The translations under genes were made by a program, and so were the position numbers. From Phyllobates terribilis (taxonomy: Eukaryota): DNA of 64,000 nt. Below, piece by piece: positions 36,812 through 48,238 of this stretch (its first letter is position 1; the number at the start of each line of letters is the position of its first letter). The DNA lies in NCBI RefSeq assembly GCF_046119375.1, contig NW_027362765.1, forward strand, positions 418,128,001 to 418,192,000, in the 5' to 3' direction. The notes under the pieces were generated by a model, which was not told where the DNA came from, ran no database searches, and was given only the letters and a program-made list of their open reading frames with translations.

Positions 36812-38605
36812 ATGGGCGTGCCAAAGGAGGGCGAGAGGCCGCCTCCCATCGTGGGCCGGGACAGAAAATGGCGCCAAAAGTGGAAACCGCCCCCACCAAC
36901 GGAGACTGTGATGCTGGAGGTGTCTGTCAGCGTGAAAGAACTACCCCTGGAGCTGACAGTCACCGAGTTGCCCCGGGACCGCCCTCGAAGTGGGAGGAGA
37001 CGAAAGGAGAGAACAAAGATGGGTGCCGCCTGGAGGAGTCTGGAGCGAGCGCACCCGGAGACAAGAAGTCTGGAGAGGAGTAGCAGAGAAGCTCACCCGG
37101 AGATGTCCAGAGAGCAGAGCAGCACCGGCCCGCTGGCCAGGAGCCTGCTGGAAGAAGAGCAGAGCAGCACCGACCCGTTGGTCAGGAGCCTGCTGGACAC
37201 CACGACCCCACTAGGCCTAGTGGAGGTCCTTGCACAGCTCCCCCGAGACCGGGAGTGTGCGCAGACTGCCCTGGAGGGCCTCGCACGGAGGATGGCCCGG
37301 GTACAGCGCGAGATATTGGCGGAATGGAGCCGGGAGATGGCCCAGCAAGCTGAAACCAAGACGCAAGCTGAAACCAAGACCCGGAGCACGCCAGCCGAGA
37401 TGAGGAAGGAGACCGCCTCTGAGGATGGCGCGGGAGGACCCAAGGCCGGAGACGGCGCCGAGGAGGGAGCCGAACGCATGGAGGCAGGTAAAGGGGACGT
37501 CTATACCCCAAACCAGGACACCGCTTACCTGCCCCAGCTCCCCGTCGCAGAGCCCGAAAGTCCCCCTGCTGTGCCCGAAAACGCCATGTCACCGACGCAG
37601 ACTAGGCCCCAACCGGAAGCCGCCGCCGCGACCCCTGTGACGTCACACGCCTCGACCCCGAGCGTGACCAAGCAGGAAGTACCACCAGCCTGGTCGCAAG
37701 GCCTAGTACCCCCGGGCGTCGCATCACCAACAGCGCCCCCTACCTCCGCGGAGCCTCCGGCCTGGCCGCAAGGCCAGGTAGCCCAGGGCGCCGCCGTCCT
37801 AACGGTGCCCTTCACCTTCCAGGTGCCCCAGGCCTGGCCGCAAGGCCTGGGCAACCCGGGCGCCACCACCACCGCGCCCGCACCCGTAAAACCAAGGGTG
37901 CCGCGTCTGGGAGAGGACTTGTTTGCCCAGCACACGTGGCCGGACGGGCAGCCTATCATCTGGCCCCAGAAGTATTACGAACTGGAGCACCAGAGGAGGG
38001 TTGGGGCCATGTGTGCACCCCTGATTCCGGCTCCGAAGCCCGTAATAAGGATCTCGCCCCCGCTAGCGGAAGCACAGTTTGAGTGGGACCCCACCGGAGA
38101 AGATCTAATGGGGTTCACTCAGGAAACTAGGGCAGCTGCAGCAGAGCGTGCGGAGTGCTGCCGCCAACAGCTCGAGGAGTTTGCGAGGGAGCGGAGAGAG
38201 AGGCGGGTCCGGGAACAACAGGCCCAAATAAGGAGCGCCGAGCAAAAGAGCCGGACCAGGAGGGACCCCCGTGCAGCGCACAGTCCCCGTACCACCGGGA
38301 CTGTAATCAAGTTCAACCAGCAGCATGGGTGGGGCTTCATTCGAGACAACAACACCCCCGGCGACGTCTTTGTCACGCGCAGAGACGTGGAGTCCCATCT
38401 GCCGGAGGGGCACAGAGGTCGTGACCTCTACATCGGAGATGAGGTCACCTTTACCCGGCACAAGTGTGCCAAGGGACCTTATGCCCTCCACGTACACCGC
38501 CTGACGGAGGAGGAGTTGCGGTGCGAGGAGGAGGAGCAAGAGGACCCGGACGGGTCTGAAGTAACAACCAACTGTAAGCAAAGAGCAGGAGGAAGACGCC
38601 GTTGA
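36812..38605 (+). CDS. Second copy of the cold-shock-domain ORF
   Basis: Offset of 3763 bp from copy 1; only two amino-acid differences seen (F>I in GQPFIW, S>N in TTSCK). Confidence 0.8.
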   Translation: MGVPKEGERPPPIVGRDRKWRQKWKPPPPTETVMLEVSVSVKELPLELTVTELPRDRPRSGRRRKERTKMGAAWRSLERAHPETRSLERSSREAHPEMSREQSSTGPLARSLLEEEQSSTDPLVRSLLDTTTPLGLVEVLAQLPRDRECAQTALEGLARRMARVQREILAEWSREMAQQAETKTQAETKTRSTPAEMRKETASEDGAGGPKAGDGAEEGAERMEAGKGDVYTPNQDTAYLPQLPVAEPESPPAVPENAMSPTQTRPQPEAAAATPVTSHASTPSVTKQEVPPAWSQGLVPPGVASPTAPPTSAEPPAWPQGQVAQGAAVLTVPFTFQVPQAWPQGLGNPGATTTAPAPVKPRVPRLGEDLFAQHTWPDGQPIIWPQKYYELEHQRRVGAMCAPLIPAPKPVIRISPPLAEAQFEWDPTGEDLMGFTQETRAAAAERAECCRQQLEEFARERRERRVREQQAQIRSAEQKSRTRRDPRAAHSPRTTGTVIKFNQQHGWGFIRDNNTPGDVFVTRRDVESHLPEGHRGRDLYIGDEVTFTRHKCAKGPYALHVHRLTEEELRCEEEEQEDPDGSEVTTNCKQRAGGRRR

Positions 38606-40805
38606 GTGCGGCAGAGAAGTGATGTAAATAGTTACCCGACCGGGTACCAAAGAAACTGTTGATATATATATATATAGTCACCGTTGGGACCAGCTGAGTG
38701 AACTGCTTACCCGTTAACCCCTTAATCCCACAGGCTGAGGACTGTGAGCAGCCATTCCCTTCCCTCTACTGGCCGAGGACTGAGAGCGGCCACCTTCCCT
38801 TTTGTATATAGTTGCGCGTCCTAAAGCGCCCCCTACCGGTTTTATAGGAAAACCATTTTTCAAGAAAAGACTGTCGCACTTTTCCCGGACACACGTTGCA
38901 CAGTGTCCGGAGGAGGAACCTGAAACAAGAGACGACGAGAATGTTTATATGAAAAGTTTTATATATATAATGTTTTATATGTTTTATTATGTTTATATGA
39001 AAAAAAAAAAATTTTTGTATGTTTTGGTGTTATTTATGTCTTACAGCCCGAGGACGTGCTGTGATTTACCAGGGGGGAATGTAGCACCCTGAGGATTCGG
39101 CTGCTACAGGAGTATTGCACCTCAACCCAGAGGTGTGATATTCCACTCCCGGGTAAGGATGGAGTGTGGAACTGAGCTCGGTAGGCTGCATGCACTACAC
39201 ACATCCCATTTCCAGGGAACAGGCCGACGGTACTCCCACTTAGAAATGTGCAGGTACGACCGAGTCTGTTCCTGGCTGGAGTGGGAGGGGGGGTGGTACA
39301 TCCCATGTAGTGTAGGGGCAGATAGGGGGAGCAGCCTGGGTAAAGATAGGAGCTCATTGGGTGCTGGTCACCTGAGCTCACACATAGAGGGTGTATATAA
39401 GGTGGGCACCAACTAAGATCAGGGTCAGATGCAGAGGATCAGATGCAGAGAGTCAGTCAGCTGCAGAGAACAAGTCAGGAGCAGAGGAGAGAAGAAAGAC
39501 AAAGACCCAGAGTGAGAGAGGAGAAAAGAGAGAGACCCAGAGCACAGAAGAGAAGGACTCTGAGATCCCAACTCAAAGCACCGGGTGAAGAGTCGGCATC
39601 AGGGTACCGGAACCCAAGCTGGTGGGGGTAAAAACATTCCCCAGCCAGAGACCGGAGACCGTGGGCAGCGTCTGCCACGGTCACCCATCACATCCACCCC
39701 GAAGGCACACCACATGAAGGGTCAGGGAACCCAGGGCCAAGGGTGTCCCAACAGAAGGCCCGAGGGAGCTGGACCTAGGTGGATTACTGGTGGGGACGGC
39801 CAGAGAACGGGACAGAAAGAGAGCTCAGGGCCACGCTCCGGACTTGTTTGGGGGTTGGCTGGATCCAGGACCTGGTGGACGCAGCACGGCTCGGGTGGTC
39901 ACTAGCAGCTGGAGTGACCAGTACAACATCTGCAGTAAGTAAACACCCTTAACTGCACAACCCGACTCTGTCTTCACTGCCGTCTGCACTACACCACCAC
40001 AACCCCCATCCGCTGCGCCTGTCCCCTCTGAGGCTATACCCCTCCCGTTGGGGGTTATCCCACCAAGCTGCGCACCCACCATCAGCCTCAGCGGACCCTG
40101 CTGCAGCGGCGGCCACAGTGACCGCATCACAACGGGTGGCGTAGTCGACACAAAAGAACTCTTAATAACATCTGTAGGACTGCCACATAACACTGAGCTT
40201 GACGCCCTGGGCACGGGCCGGGTCACAGCCGCTCGGAGACTACAAACCCCCCCCCCCATCTGATCCGGTGCCGGGTATTCCCCTCAAAAAGGAATATGTC
40301 CCAGGGGGCGCGTCAGATGCAACAAGTTCATCAGGTGCAAAACGTTAATATATCCTTCACTTTATAAGGATTATTTCATCTGGAACTGCCAACATGTTAA
40401 GATTAATGGACAGAAAATAATAATTGTCTAAATAAAATAGCTAGGTAATAATTTTTATTAAATTAATTAAATTAAATTTTATTTATATTGCGCCAACGTA
40501 TTCTGCAGCACTTTACAATTGAGGGGGACATATACAGAGGAGTGGGGGTCCTGCTTGTAAGTTTACAATCTATAAGGATGTTATACAGTCACATGAAACA
40601 GTGGGCCTCAAAACAGTCTTTGTTGCCCCTAGCAACCAATCACAATAGAGCTTTTATTTTCTTAAACTGTGCTGGTAAAATGAAAGCTGTGCTGTGATTG
40701 GTTGATAGGGGCAATAGAGTTTTTTTTTTTTTTTTTTTTTATATATGAGGCCCTGTTTAGTTTATCTGAAACACTAATAGTTACCAATTAAAAGGAAAAG
40801 GCTGA

Positions 40806-41908
40806 GGTCACGGCTCCACTATCAGTATTTGGTCAGTATTTTTTCTCAGGAGTGGGAGCCAAAACCAGGAGTGGGTGATAAATGCAGAATTGGTGACTTG
40901 TTTCTATTATACCTTTTGGCTATGTGGCCACGATGCAGAAATGCTCCAGATTTTTCCTGAACGTTTCTGCATCTCCCTGGCAGAAAAAATGCATGTGGAT
41001 TGTACATGCGGATTGTACATGTGTTTTTCCTGCCAGGGACATGCGGAAGTGAAGCGTTCTTCACTTGCATTTCCGCATGCGGGTTGACAAGCGCTTTCCA
41101 AACGATTTTAGCATCACTTGGAAAAGTGCTTGACAACTTGGTCACACTATATAAATCCATGCAACCGGCATGGATTTATATAGTGTAACCCGAGAGAATG
41201 TCAAAAAATAAAAAAATAAATATATACTTACCTTCTGATGGCCCCCAGAGTCTTGCTTCACCGTCCTGGCTGACAGCAGATCGAGGTACACTGAAGGACC
41301 TGCCGACGTCAGCGTCGCGTGACCCGTCACATGACTATGACGTCAGCACAGGTCCTTCAATACATCGCGTATGCCGGCAAGTGAAGAGAAGGAGAGCGGG
41401 GGCCCCCAGAAGGTAAGTATATATTTAATTTTTATTTTCTTCTTTTTTTTTTTTTTTTTTAACAGTTTCAATGGTACCCAGGTCCGGAGGAGAGTCTTCT
41501 CACCTCTAGACCCGGGTACCATCTGCACATTGAACTCGTGCATTCCACATGTGCTTATCTAGTGCTGCGTAATCCATGCGGTCTAATGCAAGTCAATGGC
41601 GGCGAAAACGCAGCACTTCCGCAAAATAATTGATAGTGCTGCGTTTTTTTCCGCAATGATAATCCGCAGCGGAAATTTCTGCAGCATGTGCACAGCACAT
41701 GCGGATTATCATTGGGGAACATGGCAGGCCTATCACCAAGCGTTTTTTAAGCGTTTCTGCAGCGTTTTTGCCGCTGTGGAAACACTTAAAAAAACGCATC
41801 GTGGGCACACAGCCTTTCTCTGATTATTCTTCATCTGGTTTTGGCTTCCACTCCTGAGAAAAAATACTGACCGAATACTGACCAAATACTGATAGTGGGG
41901 CCGTGGCC
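40806..41908. mobile_element. Nested MITEs: outer element (TSD TGA) containing an inner MITE at 40918-41814 (TSD TTT)
   Basis: Outer TIR ggtcacggctccactatcagtatttggtcagtatt; inner TIR GGCTATGTGGCCACG/CGTGGGCACACAGCC. An empty-site relative of the outer element lies at 58805-58972. Confidence 0.8.
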
Positions 41909-42984
41909 TGAAGGTGAATATTGGAGGGTGTGTGCAAAACTTAAAGGGGTTATCCAGGACTATATATTTTTTAACAATCTGCCTAACCACTAACAGGCAG
42001 GTAGTTGCCATCTACCTGCCTGTTGTGCCCGACGCTGATATCTGCCAGCACAGAACAGTCACAGACCGCTCCTGTCGGCAATTCAGCGGCTTCCACTGAC
42101 GTCACGTCGGCAGAGCAGCGGCCTTCTCTTCTGCTCTGTTGACTGCTGATGTCATGCTGATTGACAGCCGGCTCCCCGCTGCCTAACTGCATGCTAAGGT
42201 CTCATTCACACGTACATGTTGTGTCTTTTTTTTCACGGATAAACACGTACCCATTATAATCGATGGTGCTTTTCACATTTCCATGCAGAGGACACTTAGG
42301 ACAGGTGAGTATATGGATTTTTTTTATTTTATTCTTATTTTTACAGGTGGAGAAACCGGGAGCAGACACTACAACTCTCATCATTATCCCCTGCTGGTGC
42401 TGATCCCTGTGCCGGCAGGTGACTATGTTGAGGGCAGCGTTCAGCACCCGGCGCTTGGGAACAGCGCTAACTGTACTGCTGATTCCCAGGCGCCGGTACT
42501 TGTCACACTGATGGCATCAGTGTGTGGTACATGTTTACAGAGACCCATTGACGTGAATGGTTCTGTGTGATCCGTGCTGCCGGCCAAAGCCAGACATGTC
42601 TACGTGTGGATCACATGGACACACGGTCCGTGGAAACACACTGACATGTGCGCAGACCCACACGGTCCATGGGAACTGTAACCACACGTACAGAAGGGGG
42701 CTGGAGGCATGGGAACCTAGAAGGAAGCCCCACATGACCGGGATTGGCCAGGAGGGTGCAATTTTTAAATCCCAATGGTCGGGATTGGGTATAGGTTTGG
42801 AGGGGCTGGCATTTGGATGGGGGTGGGGTAAAGGGGGGGAAGAGGTATAATAGGGAAAAGTGCGGGAAAACGGGCAGTCCAGGGAAGAAGCCATTGAGAG
42901 AAGTTCTGGAGCACTGATAAAAAAAAAAAAAAAAAAAAAAAATTATTTTACCTTTTTAATTGCTGGGACACTCTTCTCGCTATT

Positions 42985-45157
42985 ATGGAGTCTGTGGAGT
43001 CCCTTATCGCCAGGCTGAGGGAGACTGCCAGATCCAGGCAAGGAGGGTGGCTTGAGGCCCAGCTGGCCGGACTTCTGGGGAATGCCGGGGAGGAAGAATC
43101 CCCGTCGGGTTTGGGAAGAAGTGCCAGGAGGACGCGGCCCCCCGAGAGGCTTTCCCCGGAGATGGTTGGTACGGGCAGCAGGCGCAGGCTGCGGAGCCCC
43201 TCAGGGGACCCTGTGTCCGGGGAGCATGCCGGCGGAATCCCCTGCCGGCGTGCCCGCCGCGGCAGGAATCCGCCCAGCCGGTCTGCGGGCTCCCCCTGCA
43301 ACGGGTCGCGGTCCGCGACTGAAGTTCCCCGGTCCGTCGTGGTGCAGCCTCCCCCGTCGGCGCGCCGCAGTACTAGAGCCCAGGCCACGCCGGAAGCAAG
43401 GCCCGGGCCGCAGACGCGTCATCCGGGGGGCGGGGCCTCACCGGAAATGGGGACTACGTCACTTCCGGCCCCGGAGACAGACGAGAGGGACGCACAGCCA
43501 ATGAGCGGCGGGCGCAGTGACACGCCCCCCGCTCCAAGATCTAGCGGCGATTCAAGACGCCGGTTATTTAAAAGAAAAAAGGGCGGCAATCCTGCAGCGG
43601 GGAACGGAGGGAACACCAGCGCGGCAGGCACACCTGGTGACGTTCCTGTCGGGGTGCCTGCCAGACAGACCAGAGGGCGCAGACAGCAGCGGAGCTACAC
43701 GGGCAGGCAGCAACAATTCCAGGACCTGCTGCCTGGCTCAAGTTTCTCCAGGCAGAGGGATGGAGCGGCGGGCAGCAGCACGGATTTGCCTGGCAGTTAT
43801 CCACGGACCAACACGGATCGGGCTGGTGAGTCCGGGTCTAAAAATCGCGGATGTGCACGGTCGGCAGTGAGGAGTGGAGGACGAACGGCGGGGAGGTCGG
43901 CACGGGCTCGGGTCCCCCCTGGTGACGAGGAGGCCAGGGGCGCGGGCCTTGAGCAGCAGGGGTCGGTCGGACTGGATTATGGAGAAGAACAAGACGAACC
44001 AAGGACTCATCAGGACTCGGGGAGTACGGCTGGCGGGGACACAGCACCTGCGCAGCTTCGTGAGTATGCGTCTATGTATGGTTTGTCGCCCGCGGGGTCT
44101 GTAGCGGATGGGGTAGGCGATAGGCAGGTGTCTGGGCCCAGCGGGGAAAATGTTAGGGGAGGTAGTGGGTCAGATGTAAGCGGGTTTAGGGATTTGTTGG
44201 TTAGCATGTCGCGCATTTTGGCGAGAATAGACGGCGGGGGGGCCATTCAAAGGGGGTTGTCACCGGCGGGGGCTTGGCTACCTAGTCAACCGGCGTTGTT
44301 GCAGGTGGGGAGCGAGTCGGCCAGGTCGGCGGGGTGTACAGCTGGGACACCTTCTGGGGTGTCGGTGTGTGTGCAGACAGAAAAGGATAATGCGGATAGT
44401 ATAAAACTGGATGATAGGGCGAAAGGGGAGGTATACGTGTGCTTTGAGGGGCCATTGGGGGCGCATTTAAAAAAAAGAGGTTAAAGAAAAAATTTGGCGG
44501 GACGAGTATGTCGAAATTTTTTCCCTTCTTCCGTTGGAAAAGTTTAACCTGGATAAGGGAAAAAAGGAAGACAGTAAAAAAGAGGAAGAAGAGAAGCGTA
44601 GGTGGAGGTTGATTCCACAGACGTTTGTCAATTGGTTGCAAGCTTTTGCAATAATGGCTAGCGTTATTGGAGAAAAAGCTCCTGATAATTGTTCGGGTTT
44701 GTTTTGCTACCTTGATGCTATTGGGGAGGCTCATAGGACTTACGGGGGTCAGACATGGTTACGTTATGACGAGCAATTTCGTCAGAGGAAGGCAGTCCGC
44801 CCTGAGATCAGATGGGATCAAAAGGACATTGGGTTGTGGCTGAAGGTTATGGCCCCAGTGAGGTATGGGCAGTCCTTTCACGGGAGCAGCAGTAGTGGTA
44901 ACCAACCAGCAGGACAAGGGGGAGGTAACCAAGGGGCACAAAGCACTAAGAAGGAAGTGGGAACTTGCTGGCAATTTAATGACGGCCAATGCAAGTACGG
45001 GACCTCCTGTAAATTCAAACACGTGTGCTCCCATTGTAATGGAAGCTCACACGGAGCATCAAAATGCTTTAAGAAGGGTAAGGGAAAGCCGACAGTGGGT
45101 ACCGGTCAAAGGGGTGACTCCGGTGAGGGTTCACGCGATGGCCCCCTTTCTAAGTAG
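42985..45157 (+). CDS. Ngaro ORF1 (Gag-like) with CCCH plus CCHC fingers; 1-bp frameshift in the A8 run at 44469-44476
   Basis: Removing one A joins 42985-44484 to the 44534-45157 frame (HLKKEVKEKIWRDEYVEIFSLLP); CWQFNDGQCKYGTSCKFKH then CSHCNGSSHGASKC. Confidence 0.85.
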
Positions 45158-46713
45158 GTATCCTGATCAGTCGAAGGCTAAGGTCATTTCGGATGGGTTT
45201 TTGGAAGGTTTTAGAATCCCTCCTCCTGAGCACGAGGTCCCCTTTTCACTAAAAAATTTGACGTCGGCTTCCCTTCATCCGGATGTGGTTAGCGTGAAGT
45301 TGGCTAAGGAGGTGGAATTGGGCAGGATGGCGGGACCGTTTCGGGTATTACCTAGCAGCAGGGTGATTATCTCGCCACTGGGGGTTGTGCCCAAAAAAAG
45401 AGCTGAATAAGTTTCGTTTGATTCAGCATTTGTCGTACCCGAAGGGGCTCTCGGTGAATGATGGCATTGCACAGGAATTATGTTCAGTTGAATATACATC
45501 ATTTGATGCGGCGGTGCGATGGGTACAGCGTTATGGGTCAGGATCGTTGCTAGCCAAGACGGATATCGAGTCGGCTTTTCGGTTGCTGCCAGTTCACGCG
45601 GATAGCATCCCGTTGTTAGGTTGTTTTTGGAATGGGGCATATTACATGGATAGAGGTTTGCCAATGGGTTGTGCAATTTCGTGTTCTTTGTTTGAAACGT
45701 TTAGTACCTTTTTGGAATGGGTGGTGATGGACCTGGCATCAGTTAATTCAGTCATTCATTATTTGGATGATTTTTTGTTTATAGGCCCTCCGCAATCGTT
45801 ATTGTGTAGGAATTTGTTAGGTACTATGGTGTGGGTAGCGGAGCATTTTGGTGTACCATTGGCAAAAGAAAAGACAGAAGGCCCTTGCACAATCCTAAGT
45901 TTTTTGGGCATTGTAATTGATACAGAAAGGATGGAGTGCCGGTTACCTGAAGATAAATTGTGTCTGCTCAAGCAGGAGGTCGATAGAGTCAGGAGGTTGC
46001 GCAAGGTGACCCTGAGGGAGCTACAATCGCTGTTGGGGCGCTTAAATTTTGCATGCAGGATTATGCCAATGGGCAGAATATTTTGTCGCAGGTTGTCAGG
46101 CGCCACAGCAGGAGTGCGTGGGGCTCATCATTTTATCCGCCTAAATAAGGAACACAAGGAGGATCTGAGGGTTTGGAAGTTGTTTTTGGAAAGCTATAAT
46201 GGCAGGTCATTAATCCAGCAGGAGTTTGTAAGCAGTTTTGATTGTGAGATTTTTACAGATGCTGCGGGAGGTGCTGGATACGGGGCCTACTGGAAAGGGC
46301 GGTGGAGTGTTGGGGCATGGCCGATTGGGTGGACGGAGAGGGGACTTACGAGGAACCTGGCGTTTTTGGAATTGTTCCCTATTGTTGTTGCGGTTACTAT
46401 TTGGGGGGAGTGTTTTGCCAACAGGAGAATTCGGTTTCATTGCGATAACATGGGAGTGGTGTCTGTCATCAACAGCTTGTCGGCCTCATCCCCGCCTGTG
46501 ATTAGGTTACTGAGGGAACTAGTACTTTGTTGTCTTAAGCTGAACGCTTGGATTACAGCGGTCCATGTTCCAGGTGTACAAAATTCTATAGCAGATGCCT
46601 TATCTCGTTTTCAGTGGGACCGTTTTCGGGCGCTAGCACCAGAGGCAGGGGACGTGGGTCAAGAATGCCCTTCGCATTTGTGGCAACTGGTTATGGAGGA
46701 GCCGGACGGTTAA
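44865..46713 (+). CDS. Ngaro reverse transcriptase-RNase H; 1-bp frameshift in the A7 run at 45393-45399; true start uncertain
   Basis: SPLGVVPKK/ELNKFRLI, GLPMG, HYLDDF, FTDAAG, HCDN, HVPGVQNSIADALSR; overlaps ORF1 and YR as is typical of DIRS-order elements. Confidence 0.92.
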
Positions 46714-47576
46714 TAAGGGAGTCCATTACGAGGCAGACCTGGGCATCATACGAGGCATCGTGGCGAGTATGGCAAAGTTGGATTCTGGAGTGGGGTGTGG
46801 TGGAAGGTGAAGGAGATAGAGAGATGGCGGTGTTGTTTCTTGTGGGAAGGGCAGCAGAGATTGGATGGTCTGTGTCAAAAGTTAGTAAATTTGTAGCAGG
46901 ATTGGCATTCGCTTTTAAATTGCAGGGGTTAAAAGATGTTACAAAATCGTTTTTAGTGAAGCAAGCACTTAGGGGCTTTAGGAGAGGCGGTAAGGTGTTA
47001 GATAAACGAAGACCGGTGACTTTTAGTATTTTAGAGCGGTTGGGTTTAGTGTTGGATAAGATTTGTTGTTCAGTTTTTGAAGCCACTCTGTTTAGGTTGG
47101 CTTTTTCATTGGCGTTCTTTGGCGCACTAAGATTAGGTGAGTTGGTGGCACCAAGTAGGAATAAGGTTGGGGGTTTGTTTGCCGAGGATGTGAGTGGTCG
47201 GAAAGGGGGCATCGAATTTTGGATTAGGAGGGCGAAGATGGATCAATTGGGCAGAGGCAAGCTAGTGGTATTGGGGGAAGTTGATGGATCGTTTATGTGT
47301 CCTAGGAGATGTTTAATGGCTTACTGGCAGGTTTGGTCGGGACGTAAGGGCCCATTATTGTGTCATAAAAACGGAGAGTTTCTGTCACGTTTTCAATTTA
47401 TTGCAGTATTTAAAAAAGGGATCCGGGAGTTGGGCCTTAGTCCTGAGGTGTACGGGTCGCATTCTTTCAGAATCGGTGCGGCGTCAGAAGCGGACGGTTT
47501 GGGTTTAGGAAAGGATGTGATAAAACGCATCGGGAGGTGGAGTTCAGATCGTTATCTGTCCTATGTACGGCATTAG
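46548..47576 (+). CDS. Tyrosine recombinase (true start probably nearer 46700)
   Basis: Catalytic set: R (ALRLGEL), K (RAKMDQ), HSFR, W (GRW), Y (YLSY). Confidence 0.93.
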   Translation: MDYSGPCSRCTKFYSRCLISFSVGPFSGASTRGRGRGSRMPFAFVATGYGGAGRLIRESITRQTWASYEASWRVWQSWILEWGVVEGEGDREMAVLFLVGRAAEIGWSVSKVSKFVAGLAFAFKLQGLKDVTKSFLVKQALRGFRRGGKVLDKRRPVTFSILERLGLVLDKICCSVFEATLFRLAFSLAFFGALRLGELVAPSRNKVGGLFAEDVSGRKGGIEFWIRRAKMDQLGRGKLVVLGEVDGSFMCPRRCLMAYWQVWSGRKGPLLCHKNGEFLSRFQFIAVFKKGIRELGLSPEVYGSHSFRIGAASEADGLGLGKDVIKRIGRWSSDRYLSYVRH

Positions 47577-47639
47577 GTGTGCAGGCTTATGTTTTATCTG
47601 GTCAGAAGTGAATACAATTCTTTGGTTGTCTTATTGCAG

Positions 47640-48238
47640 GTGACGTCCCGTTATTAGTCTGGATTCTTGGACACTCTTTCGTTCATTGGGGGGCGCTGCG
47701 GGCGGATGTGAGGCCAAACGGTAGGCAATTGGGTTTTAGCAGAGAGCAAGTGGTGGTCCGGTGGCTGGGTTTTAGAGGGATGGTATGGAGAAGGGTGCTT
47801 CCTGAATTCCATAAGGCGGCTCGTTTGGACCGGGCGCCGGACATTTTGGTGGTGCATATGGGGGGGAATGATTTGGGGGTTCGGCCAGTTAGGGAATTGA
47901 TGAGGGATATTCGAATTGATTTTTTTTTAAGGTTATGGACATCTTTTCCTGGGGTGTTGACGGTTTGGTCTGACATTGTGCCGAGAAAAAATTGGAGGGA
48001 GGCCAGATCAGTGAAGGGCATTAATAGGGCACGAGTAAAGTTGAATAGAGCCATAGCAGCTTTTGTTGGTAGAAATGGGGGTGTAAGTGTTCGGCATCTT
48101 GATCTCGAGGCAGGGGTTGGTGATTTTTGGGCAAAAGATGGGGTGCACCTGAACGATATTGGGATTGATTTATGGGCATTATCTATACAGGAGGGGATTG
48201 AGAGGGCTTTGGCAGTGTTGGGGCGCTCACGAGCCTGA
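47640..48238 (+). CDS. SGNH/GDSL hydrolase coding segment, apparently a spliced exon
   Basis: Blocks WILGHSF (Ser 47675-47677), GFRG, GGND, DGVH. Preceded by the acceptor tcttattgcag; in-frame stop at 47609 and no ATG before the Ser. Confidence 0.85.

Larger units (their letters stand above)
31555..40315 (+). mobile_element. Tandem (3 LTRs, 2 internal regions) non-autonomous LTR retroelement encoding a cold-shock-domain protein
   Basis: LTRs 31555-32789, 35318-36552, 39080-40315 (about 1235 bp, TG...CA); TSD GATG at 31551-31554 and 40316-40319; PBS and PPT present; no PR/RT/IN motifs. Confidence 0.93.

Noticed and set aside
47708-48238. SGNH hydrolase in a YR retrotransposon as a novel domain combination
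   Set aside because: Already known for some vertebrate Ngaro elements; only the splice-based expression route is put forward as a finding.
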